DNA of 55,605 nucleotides, taken from NCBI GenBank assembly GCA_017452585.1, contig JAFTMD010000040.1, positions 1 through 55,605 on the forward strand, read 5' to 3'. Of this stretch, positions 48,510 through 55,605 are shown piece by piece. Origin of the DNA: Clostridia bacterium. GTDB lineage: Bacteria; Bacillota; Clostridia; Christensenellales; Borkfalkiaceae. The position numbers were made by a program, and so were the translations under genes. The notes under the pieces are model-generated. The model was given only the letters and a program-made list of their open reading frames with translations. It did not search any database and was not told where the DNA came from. Numbering within the stretch: the first letter of the stretch is position 1; the number at the start of each line of letters is the position of its first letter.

Positions 48510-51052
48510 AACTTTTATCCTATCACATTGAAAATTACGGAAAAATTCACGACCAAGACGGGAATTTTTCAGAGGGAATTACCTCCTATTGCGAGCAGAA
48601 CGGCTTTGGTAAAAGCACCCTCGTTTCCTTTCTAAAGGCGATGTTTTACGGCCTTGCCTCGTACACGGCTGTCACGAAAGGGTTTGTCGATCGCCTGCAT
48701 TACTATCCCTTCAGCGGTGGAAAATTCGGGGGCAATTTAACCTTTTTCTGGGAAGGGGACGTATATAAAATTGAACGTTTTTTTGATAAAAAGAGTGCAA
48801 AAGGGGACGAGTGTATCGTCTATCGAAACGGCGAAGTGTATACGGGTTTTGGAGAGGAAATTGGCAAGGCTGTGTTTGGCTTAGATGAGGAGTCCTTCCA
48901 AAAAACGCTCTTTATCACCGCCGAGGACGTGGAAGTTTCCTCCACGCACAGCATCAATGAGAAATTGAACAGCAGCGTAGAAGGTGGATTGGAAGAAAAC
49001 GACTTTGAAGGGGCGATGGAGGCCCTCGATCGGGCGAGAAAGGATTTGAAAGCCGCCCGTGGCTCTGGTGGTAAAATCAATGAAACCAAGACGGCAATCT
49101 CCGATTTGAGTATACAGTTAAAAAATTATGAAGACATGGAGAGAAGCTTGACGGAGGCGTATATCTCTCGAGAGGGGCTTTCACGGGAGGTTGCTACGCT
49201 AGAGGACGCCTATCAAGAAGCGGGCGCGCGAGGGCTGGTGTTGCAAAAATGGGAAACCTTCGATAGAATGATTGCCAAGAAAAAGGAGCGTGAGGAAACG
49301 CTTGCTAAGTGGCAATTGCGCTATCCCAACGGCTTGCCGAACGACGAGGAACGCAAAGAATTGCAAAAAAACGTCGAAGAAATGGGAAAATTGGAGGAGC
49401 GTTTGCATTCGGTTGCCTTCCCCAGCGGAAAGGAAACGGAACGAAAAATGTTGGAAAGCAGGTTTTCCAATGGTATTCCCAGCCCCACTTTGATGAATAC
49501 AATGCAAGAAAAAATCAATCGTCTGCAAACGGCAAAAGGGGAACGAGAACGTCTGATGAATCAGACTTTGACGGTGGAGGAAACCCTGCTCAAACAGAAA
49601 TTCCAGGATAAAAAACCTACCTTGCAGGATTGGCAGGAGGGGAGGAATTCGTTGGAGGAATACAAGCGAAAACAGGCGCTACTTTCCGAATTGTCTTCCA
49701 AACTGCTGCAACCGAAAAAAGAGGAGAAAAAATTCTCCTTTAAAACGTACGCGTTGGTGATTGGCTGCGCCCTTCTCTGCGCTGGGTTGGGACTTTTCTT
49801 CGTACAGATGATTTTGGGGATTGCGCTTATGGGGAGCGGGGTAGTTTTTTTGGTGGTAAGCCTGCTCATGAAGTCCGTGAACGCAGACATGCCCCGGCCC
49901 AATGGTGATTTTGACGTCGTTTCTTTGCAATCAGAATGTAAGCTTTTAGAGGAAAAACTCCGCACGTTTACCATTCCGTACGGGTATTATAGTGAGGGTG
50001 GCGTCGTGTATGATTTCCTGCAGATGGAGGAAGGATTTAAAAATTATCAGGCGCTTTTGGAAAAGGAAGAGGCCAGTCAGGCGCAGGTGAAGGAAATCAC
50101 CGAGGAAATGGAAACTTTACAACGGGAAATTCAGCTTTTCTTGCATACGTATGGGGAGCGAACGGAAAACTTACAAAGCGGTTTGCAACAGATCTATGTG
50201 GCAATCCAAAGTTATCAGACGTTGACGCAGGATTGGGAAAATTCCAAGCGCGAACAAGCCCAATTAAAAGAGCTTTATCAAAAGGCAAAAGACGAGGTAG
50301 AGAAGTTGCTTCAAAAGTACAATTTCTCTGCGGACGCAGGTACCATGTATGGGTTGAGCGCATTAAATCGGGACATTTTGTCCATCGCGCATACCCGCGC
50401 GGAAGTGGAAAATTTGCGGTTAGAATTGGAAGATTATCAAGAAAAAAACGACTTGGGCGAACGCCCCGAAGAACTGTCCGTATCGGCGCAGGAACTCTAT
50501 CATTCGTTGTCCGAAGCGCGTAATAGATTGCTCGATTGCGATCGCAAAATTGTCGATACCGAGCGGTATGTTGAGAAAAAGGCGGATACGCAAGTGGAAT
50601 TGGCGCTTGCGGAGGAGAAATTGGAAAAACAGCAGGACACGTACGAACTGTTGATGGACACAATGATTGCCATCGAAAATGCAGAACAGCGGTTGAAAGA
50701 TCAGTATATTGCGCCCATTAAGGGGAGATTTTCCGTGTACGTCCAAGCGCTGGAAAAGGTGTTGGACGAGAAGGTGAGCATGGATAAAAACTTCCGCATC
50801 GTCTTTGAACGTGGCGGACAGTCACGTAGTGATCGGTACTTAAGCGCCGGGGAAAAGAGCGTTTGCGCACTCTGTATGCGCTTGGCGCTCATTGACAATA
50901 TGTACGAAGGGGAACAGCCGTTTATTTTGATGGACGATCCATTTGTGCATCTGGACGCGATACATTTAGAGCGCGCCAAAAAGCTATTGCATGAGTTATC
51001 TGAACGCCGTCAGATTTTGTATTTTTGCTGTCATGAAAGTAGAAAAGTTTAA
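48506..51052 (+). CDS. SbcC/Rad50-like AAA ATPase with a central transmembrane hairpin
   Basis: 848 aa. N-terminal QNGFGKST Walker A, long coiled coils, C-terminal LSAGE signature and ILMDDPF Walker B. The coiled-coil apex is replaced by two hydrophobic helices (YALVIGCALLCAGLGLFFVQMILGIALMGSGVVFLVVSLLM, nt ~49746-49872). Confidence 0.85.
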   Translation: MKLLSYHIENYGKIHDQDGNFSEGITSYCEQNGFGKSTLVSFLKAMFYGLASYTAVTKGFVDRLHYYPFSGGKFGGNLTFFWEGDVYKIERFFDKKSAKGDECIVYRNGEVYTGFGEEIGKAVFGLDEESFQKTLFITAEDVEVSSTHSINEKLNSSVEGGLEENDFEGAMEALDRARKDLKAARGSGGKINETKTAISDLSIQLKNYEDMERSLTEAYISREGLSREVATLEDAYQEAGARGLVLQKWETFDRMIAKKKEREETLAKWQLRYPNGLPNDEERKELQKNVEEMGKLEERLHSVAFPSGKETERKMLESRFSNGIPSPTLMNTMQEKINRLQTAKGERERLMNQTLTVEETLLKQKFQDKKPTLQDWQEGRNSLEEYKRKQALLSELSSKLLQPKKEEKKFSFKTYALVIGCALLCAGLGLFFVQMILGIALMGSGVVFLVVSLLMKSVNADMPRPNGDFDVVSLQSECKLLEEKLRTFTIPYGYYSEGGVVYDFLQMEEGFKNYQALLEKEEASQAQVKEITEEMETLQREIQLFLHTYGERTENLQSGLQQIYVAIQSYQTLTQDWENSKREQAQLKELYQKAKDEVEKLLQKYNFSADAGTMYGLSALNRDILSIAHTRAEVENLRLELEDYQEKNDLGERPEELSVSAQELYHSLSEARNRLLDCDRKIVDTERYVEKKADTQVELALAEEKLEKQQDTYELLMDTMIAIENAEQRLKDQYIAPIKGRFSVYVQALEKVLDEKVSMDKNFRIVFERGGQSRSDRYLSAGEKSVCALCMRLALIDNMYEGEQPFILMDDPFVHLDAIHLERAKKLLHELSERRQILYFCCHESRKV
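50343..50357 (+). repeat. iterated motif copy (14/15)
   Basis: CCATGTATGGGTTGA inside the SbcC-like CDS, read as T-M-Y-G-L-S. Confidence 0.8.
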
Positions 51053-51070
51053 AAATTATGTAGAAATACG

Positions 51071-51100
51071 TTGTCAATTGTAAATTAAATATGGTATAAT
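51071..51100 (+). promoter_or_regulatory. promoter of the downstream membrane-protein gene
   Basis: TTGTCA (51071-51076), 18-nt spacer, TGG-extended TATAAT (51095-51100). Confidence 0.55.
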
Positions 51101-51233
51101 ATAAATACAAAAAATATAAAATAGCGCCGCCTGCACAAGGGCAAAAAGGACGTCCTTTTTGTTTTGCTTTCAGCAAAACAAAAATAGAATTGATTGTATG
51201 ATTGCAGGAGAAATGGCGCGAAGGAGTTTTCTT

Positions 51234-51977
51234 ATGGTCTGGGGCACATTCAGTACCAATCATATTATTTCTTTAGTGGCTACTGTTTGTATTATTGCTG
51301 CGCTTTTCTTCATTTTAAGAAAACGTTCACAGAAGGTACAAACGATTGTCTTGGGGATGTTATCCTTTTCGGGTATGGGAGCAATTATCTTCAATCTTTT
51401 GATGTGGGATTCTCCCTTGGAATACTTACCCTTGCACCTTTGCTCTTTGAACGCGCTCGTGCTTCCCTTTGCGGTGTTTACGAAAAATAAAACCCTCAAC
51501 AACTTGCTTTTGTTCTGGGCATTAGGGGCATTGTTGGCGCTCGTTATCAACACGGCGCAGGCGCACTTTGAAATTTTCAGCTGGACGTTCGTCTTCTATT
51601 ATTTCCCGCACACGTTAGAGCTTGGTATTCCCATTTTGATGTTTGCTTTGGGATTGGTAAAGAAGGACGTACGTTGCATCATCTCCACTATCGTCATTAC
51701 GTTGGTTTGTTATACCTTGATTCACTTTATTAACGTGGGGCTTAACGCGTATTGCTTGGCAAACAACATTTTGGATACGGCAGGGAGCGTCATTCAGGTC
51801 AACTATATGTATTCGATCACCCCTGCAAACCCCGTTTTGCAACTTTTCTATTCCATTGTGCCTATGCCTTATTGGTATATGCTTTTGGCAGTGCCTGTCA
51901 TTGTTGTCTATCTCGGTGGGGTATATTTCCCCGAAATTATCACTGCAATACGCAATAAGAAGGCGCAAAAAGCATAA
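51234..51977 (+). CDS. polytopic integral membrane protein (YwaF / TIGR02206-like, from memory)
   Basis: ORF track 51159..51977. ATG 51234 (AGGAG 7 nt upstream). About 7 TM helices. LEYLPLHLCSLNALVLPFAV resembles that family. Confidence 0.65.
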   Translation: MVWGTFSTNHIISLVATVCIIAALFFILRKRSQKVQTIVLGMLSFSGMGAIIFNLLMWDSPLEYLPLHLCSLNALVLPFAVFTKNKTLNNLLLFWALGALLALVINTAQAHFEIFSWTFVFYYFPHTLELGIPILMFALGLVKKDVRCIISTIVITLVCYTLIHFINVGLNAYCLANNILDTAGSVIQVNYMYSITPANPVLQLFYSIVPMPYWYMLLAVPVIVVYLGGVYFPEIITAIRNKKAQKA

Positions 51978-52177
51978 ATTTGGTAAAACAGACAAAAAAA
52001 ACCAAGTCGTTTGGCTTGGTTTTTTGTTGCACAAAATTAAAAATAAAGTTAAGAAAATTAAAAAAAATTTTTAAAAAAACTATTGACAAATAGGAAAAAC
52101 TCTGTTATAATGTCGCTACAAAGTAAGTGGGACATAAAGGAAACACTGAAAAAAATAAAAAACGGAGGAAATCCATT

Positions 52178-52543
52178 ATGAAAAAAATGAAAGTTTTATT
52201 GGTAGGTATGTTGACACTCGTTATGAGTTTGCTTTGCTTTAGCAGTTGCTTCTTGCACTATGGCAAGTATACGGCTGTTGAACACAGAACGGAAGTTTTG
52301 GGAAGCCAAGTTGTAACAGAATTGGAAGATTCTAAGATCGACGTAGAATTGAAAGGTGACAACGTTGCATTTTATTCCCAAGAAGTGCTCGGCAAGCAAG
52401 TGATCTCGGAAGGCACCTGGGCAAACGGTGAAGAATTTGGCCAGTATGTCATGACCATTGATAACGCTACGTACAACATCACGGTTGAAGGCAGCACGAT
52501 GACGTTGGAAGGCAGTTTTGGTACATACATTCTTAAAAAATAA
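52178..52543 (+). CDS. small lipoprotein of unknown function
   Basis: ORF track 52127..52543. ATG 52178 (GGAGG upstream). MKKMKVLLVGMLTLVMSLLCFSSC (FSSC lipobox). Confidence 0.7.
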   Translation: MKKMKVLLVGMLTLVMSLLCFSSCFLHYGKYTAVEHRTEVLGSQVVTELEDSKIDVELKGDNVAFYSQEVLGKQVISEGTWANGEEFGQYVMTIDNATYNITVEGSTMTLEGSFGTYILKK

Positions 52544-52552
52544 GTGAATGAG

Positions 52553-52584
52553 AAAAAACGGATGCAGCTGCATCCGTTTTTTTG
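52553..52584 (+). terminator. intrinsic terminator
   Basis: ACGGATGCAG-CTGCATCCGT perfect palindrome, flanked by A6 and T7. Confidence 0.85.
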
Positions 52585-52707
52585 TGCATGAAATACGGCG
52601 AAGCGGAATTTCGCAGAAACTACGTGATAGTCGCGTGGTTGGTGGCGGTTTACCAATGAGTAGAAAAACTTATTTTTTGTTAATACGAATACAATAAAGA
52701 TAGTAAA

Positions 52708-52907
52708 CTTGCCTTCTCCTTGAGGAGAAGGTGGCGGCGAAGCCGTCGGATGAGGTGGAATATTGTTTTACATTAAGAACACCTCATCAGTCACTCAACG
52801 TGCTACGCTTCGTGTTCGTGACAGCTTTTCCTTCAGCGGAGACGCAAACCCCTTTGTCCTGCGGACATTTCCCCTAGCAGGGGAATTTCCTCAAGGGGAA
52901 GCCAAGG
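52708..52907. repeat. 'empty' A-family inverted-repeat pair (no gene between the arms)
   Basis: The left arm CTTGCCTTCTCCTTGAGGAGAAGGTGGCGGCGAAGCCGTCGGATGAGGTGG (52708-52758) and the right arm CACCTCATCAGTC...TCCTCAAGGGGAAGCCAAGG (52770-52907) are homologous to the arms flanking DUF559. They are separated by only 11 nt. Confidence 0.8.
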
Positions 52908-52982
52908 AAAGTGCCGTTTTCACGATTGGTCGGTAAAGGATGTATGACTGTTTGATCAACCCAAGATCCATTTATGCTATAC

Positions 52983-53026
52983 ACAAAAACGGGGGCAGGT
53001 TTTGCGTTCAACGCATACCTGCCCCC
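52983..53026 (-). terminator. glyQS terminator containing an iterated-motif copy
   Basis: Minus strand: GGGGGCAGG-TATGCGTTGAACGCAAAA-CCTGCCCCC followed by GTTTTTGT. The motif copy is at 53008-53021 (13/15). Confidence 0.85.
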
Positions 53027-53045
53027 GTCATTTTATAATTTTTAC

Positions 53046-54446
53046 TTAGAAATCAATCTTTTCTTCAATGTAACGAATGGCGTCTTCCACGCTCAAACGA
53101 ATCTGTTCCATGCTGTCGCGGTCGCGAATGGTAACCGCTCCGTTTTCAAGGGTGTCAAAGTCGATGGTTACGCAGAAGGGAGTGCCGATTTCGTCCTGAC
53201 GGCGATAACGTTTCCCGATGGAACCCGTAACGTCGTAGGTCGTGGAAAATCTCTTTGCCATCTGGGTGTAAATCTCATCTGCCTTTTCAGAAAGGTTTTT
53301 CTGAAGGGGAAGCACCGCGCACTTGTAGGGCGCAAGGAAGGGATGCAAGTGAAGAACGGTACGAACGTCGTTCTTTTCTGCATTGACCACTTCTTCGTCA
53401 TAAGCGTCGGTAAGGAATGCCAATACGACGCGGTCAGCCCCCAAGGAGGGTTCGACAACGTAGGGAACGTAACGTTCGTTCGTGATGGGATCCAAATAAT
53501 TGATAGGCTTGCCACATTCTTTTGCGTGTTGATTGAGGTCGTAGTCCGTTCTGTCTGCAATCCCCCAAAGTTCCCCCCAACCGAATGCGAAGTTGTATTC
53601 AAAGTCGGTGGTAGCCTTGGAATAGAAGCAAAGTTCTTCGGGAGAATGGTCACGAAGGTGCAAGTTTTCTTCTTTCATGCCGAGGGACAAAAGCCAGTTT
53701 TTGCAGTAGTCCTTCCAGTATGCGAACCATTCCAAATCGGTGCCCGGTTTGCAGAAGAATTCAAGTTCCATCTGTTCAAATTCACGGGTACGGAAGGTAA
53801 AGTTACCGGGGGTGATTTCGTTACGGAAAGATTTACCGATTTGCGCGATCCCGAAAGGAACTTTCATACGGGTGGAGCGTTGTACGTTTTCAAAGTTGAC
53901 AAAGATACCCTGCGCCGTTTCGGGACGAAGGTAAACCGTGTTTGCGGAATCTTCCGTAACCCCTTGGAAGGTTTTGAACATGAGGTTGAATTTACGGATA
54001 GAGGTGAAGTTGTGGTTGCCACAGATGGGGCAGACGAGCTGATATTCTTCAATGAACTTTTCCAGTTCTTCATTGCTCATGCTTTCCACTTTCGTATCCA
54101 TACCCTTCTTCGCCACGTAGTTTTCTACGAGGTTGTCAGCGCGATGACGGGCTTTACAGCTCTTACAGTCCATCAAAGGATCGGAAAATCCGCCAAGGTG
54201 ACCACTTGCCTGCCAGGTACGTGTGTTCATCAAAATAGCACAGTCAACACCCGTGTTGTAGGGGTTTTCCTGTACGAATTTCTTCCACCAAGCTTTTTTG
54301 ACGTTGTTTTTGAGTTCTACACCCAAAGGACCATAATCCCACGTGTTTGCAAGACCACCGTAGATTTCACTGCCGGGGAAGATGAACCCTCTGTTTTTAC
54401 AAAGGGAAACGAGTTTTTCCATCGTTACAGCTCTCTTTTCTGCCAT
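53046..54446 (-). CDS. glyQS: glycine--tRNA ligase (homodimeric GlyQS type)
   Basis: 466 aa. [48 protein letters not shown], class II motifs. Confidence 0.96.
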   Translation of the reverse strand: MAEKRAVTMEKLVSLCKNRGFIFPGSEIYGGLANTWDYGPLGVELKNNVKKAWWKKFVQENPYNTGVDCAILMNTRTWQASGHLGGFSDPLMDCKSCKARHRADNLVENYVAKKGMDTKVESMSNEELEKFIEEYQLVCPICGNHNFTSIRKFNLMFKTFQGVTEDSANTVYLRPETAQGIFVNFENVQRSTRMKVPFGIAQIGKSFRNEITPGNFTFRTREFEQMELEFFCKPGTDLEWFAYWKDYCKNWLLSLGMKEENLHLRDHSPEELCFYSKATTDFEYNFAFGWGELWGIADRTDYDLNQHAKECGKPINYLDPITNERYVPYVVEPSLGADRVVLAFLTDAYDEEVVNAEKNDVRTVLHLHPFLAPYKCAVLPLQKNLSEKADEIYTQMAKRFSTTYDVTGSIGKRYRRQDEIGTPFCVTIDFDTLENGAVTIRDRDSMEQIRLSVEDAIRYIEEKIDF

Positions 54447-54475
54447 AATATATCTCCTAATTCTTTTAAATTCTT

Positions 54476-54647
54476 GGCTCTGTCACCCTTTCCGTTTGAT
54501 TTTTGACGGAAAAATCCTGTGAAATACTGCGCTTTTTGCTCAGTTACAGATATTTGCATTCTGCGCCTTCACAAAAAACTTGTCTTTCTTGTATTTTTCT
54601 CGTCAAAACGCAAAATCTGTTAATCAAACGTTAAATATGACATCGCC
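54476..54647 (+). repeat. B-family palindromic repeat, long nested form, diverged (172 bp)
   Basis: GGCTCTGTCACC..GTTTGATTTTTGACGGAAAAAT...ATTTTTCTCGTCAA...AATCAAACG...GACATCGCC. Collinear with 39956-40136. Lies inside the glyQS leader in antisense orientation. Confidence 0.75.
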
Positions 54648-54708
54648 AAATGCTTCTGTACTTTTGTTGGAAGGGGGGGTATACCGCCGAAAACTTCCCA
54701 TCTAATCT

Positions 54709-54738
54709 ATTATACAAAATTTCCCCCCGTTAAGTCAA
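54709..54738 (-). promoter_or_regulatory. glyQS promoter
   Basis: Reverse strand: TTGACT (54738-54733), 18-nt spacer, TGt-extended TATAAT (54714-54709). Predicts a ~255-nt leader. Confidence 0.55.
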
Positions 54739-54752
54739 ACCATTACGGGGGG
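54716..54752 (-). terminator. terminator of the PAP2 gene
   Basis: Minus strand: CCCCCCGT-AATGGTTTGACTTA-ACGGGGGG followed by AAATTTT. Confidence 0.7.
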
Positions 54753-54775
54753 AAAATGCGTGATTTTCTGAAAAA

Positions 54776-55605
54776 TTAGATTTTGAATTTCTTAAAGAGG
54801 GCGGGCGCGACCAAAGTTGCCACAACGACAGTTAAGAAATATTTGATAAATTTCCATTCGAGAAGTTCTAAGAAAGCGAATGGAAGCACGGAAAATCCGC
54901 CGTAAACGATACCCACGCATAAAAATCCTACGAGCAGGCGCAACACCTTATTTTTTGCGCCGGAGGTATTCTCGAATCGAATAAATTTATGTTCGAGGGG
55001 AAGGCAGATGGCTGCAGCCACGGACATTGCGCACACCTCTACCTGCGTCTTATCGCCGGGGAAAAGGAAAACGAGTCCGATAGAAAGGAGTGCAAACAGC
55101 GCCAAAGCGAGGTAAAGCACACCTTCTTTTTGTTTTAAAATCCAATCCCACAGGAAGGCAAAGGCAATCCCAAACGTCGCGCCAACCAATACGTCGGAAG
55201 GATAATGCACCCCAAAATACAATCTGGAGAGCATGACGCCGAGGGTGAGAAGGGGGAACAAGATCCAACCCCATGCCTTGCGTTTGTGCAGCGCGCAGGA
55301 GAAGAAGAGCCCACCACTCATCTGCGAGTGTCCACTAGGGAAAGATTGCAGATCGTGCAATTCCGTTGTGGAGATCAGGGGATTGTCAATGTCCAAGCGA
55401 GACACCTTTCCCGTCGTGTAGGGACGAGGTCTTGCGAAAAGATTTTTAAGCCCCGTATTCACCGTCATGGACGAGAAGGTAACCAGCATGATGCGTTCGC
55501 CAAGCTGTTTGTTGACGATCCAATAGATCGCGCAAAGGAGCACGACGAGGAAGATGGTTTCCCCAAAAAGGGAAAACAGGCATGCCATCAAAGTGGCAAT
55601 GTCAC
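54776..55605 (-). CDS. PAP2-family phosphatase (membrane); N-terminus probably beyond the right edge
   Basis: KNLFARPRP, SFPSGHS and SRLYFGVHYPSDV are the three PAP2 motifs. The reverse frame is still open at 55605, so the TTG at 55591 in the ORF track is unlikely to be the real start. Confidence 0.85.
   Translation of the reverse strand, partial: DIATLMACLFSLFGETIFLVVLLCAIYWIVNKQLGERIMLVTFSSMTVNTGLKNLFARPRPYTTGKVSRLDIDNPLISTTELHDLQSFPSGHSQMSGGLFFSCALHKRKAWGWILFPLLTLGVMLSRLYFGVHYPSDVLVGATFGIAFAFLWDWILKQKEGVLYLALALFALLSIGLVFLFPGDKTQVEVCAMSVAAAICLPLEHKFIRFENTSGAKNKVLRLLVGFLCVGIVYGGFSVLPFAFLELLEWKFIKYFLTVVVATLVAPALFKKFKI

Noticed and set aside
44703-51052. Calling the helicase/SbcD/SbcC-like trio a known defence system (Gabija-, Lamassu- or Wadjet-like).
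   Set aside because: The domain content does not match those systems as I know them: there is no TOPRIM-ATPase GajA, no LmuA/B, and no JetABCD set. The SbcD plus SbcC-like pair resembles housekeeping repair modules. I kept it only as a hypothesis in the findings.
51100-51233. Possible riboswitch or attenuator in the leader of the membrane-protein gene (hairpins AAAGG-ACGT-CCTTT and GTTTTGC-TTTCA-GCAAAAC).
   Set aside because: The stems are short and AT-rich, I recognised no conserved riboswitch core, and the true start codon of the gene is itself uncertain.

Overview
This 55.6-kb segment looks chromosomal and comes from a mid-GC Firmicute, probably of the Clostridia type. That placement is an inference from gene content (type-2 GalT, homodimeric GlyQS, DUF559 with hairpin repeats) and from the recurrent TGnTATAAT extended -10 promoters. 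Most of the window is housekeeping. Gene order, left to right:
- two tandem BspA-like LRR surface proteins (-)
- galM (-), divergent from a GH2 beta-galactosidase-galT-galK-galE Leloir operon (+)
- a small membrane protein
- a PII-like / PII-like / DUF1538 membrane operon (-)
- uvrB-uvrA with a LexA-like box
- a divergent XRE/XRE pair plus a DUF559 endonuclease-fold gene, embedded in repeats
- gyrB-gyrA
- a P-type ATPase (-)
- serS, a DEDDh exonuclease and an RsmF-like m5C methyltransferase
- a split ChrA pair
- a 1134-aa doubly anchored surface protein (-)
- a split TSUP/TauE pair, a HAD phosphatase, Ppx/GppA, maf and an MreB-like protein
- a UvrD-like helicase/exonuclease fusion, SbcD, and an SbcC-like ATPase with a transmembrane hairpin
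- a polytopic membrane protein and a small lipoprotein
- glyQS (-) and a PAP2 phosphatase (-, partial)

I saw no rRNA, tRNA, CRISPR array, transposase or integrase.

The signals most worth a second look:
1. A self-contained unit of about 640 nt (43873-44548) runs from a strong promoter to a terminator with no long ORF. It is either a large structured ncRNA I cannot assign to a family, or a micropeptide operon.
2. A 15-24 nt motif (core CCATGTATGCGTTGA) occurs at least 17 times with two or fewer mismatches. It is mostly co-oriented with the local gene, lies inside genes as well as between them, and sits at the junctions of several local duplications.
3. Three unrelated families of palindromic, MITE-like repeats are present. 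One brackets the DUF559 gene and also occurs as an empty pair.
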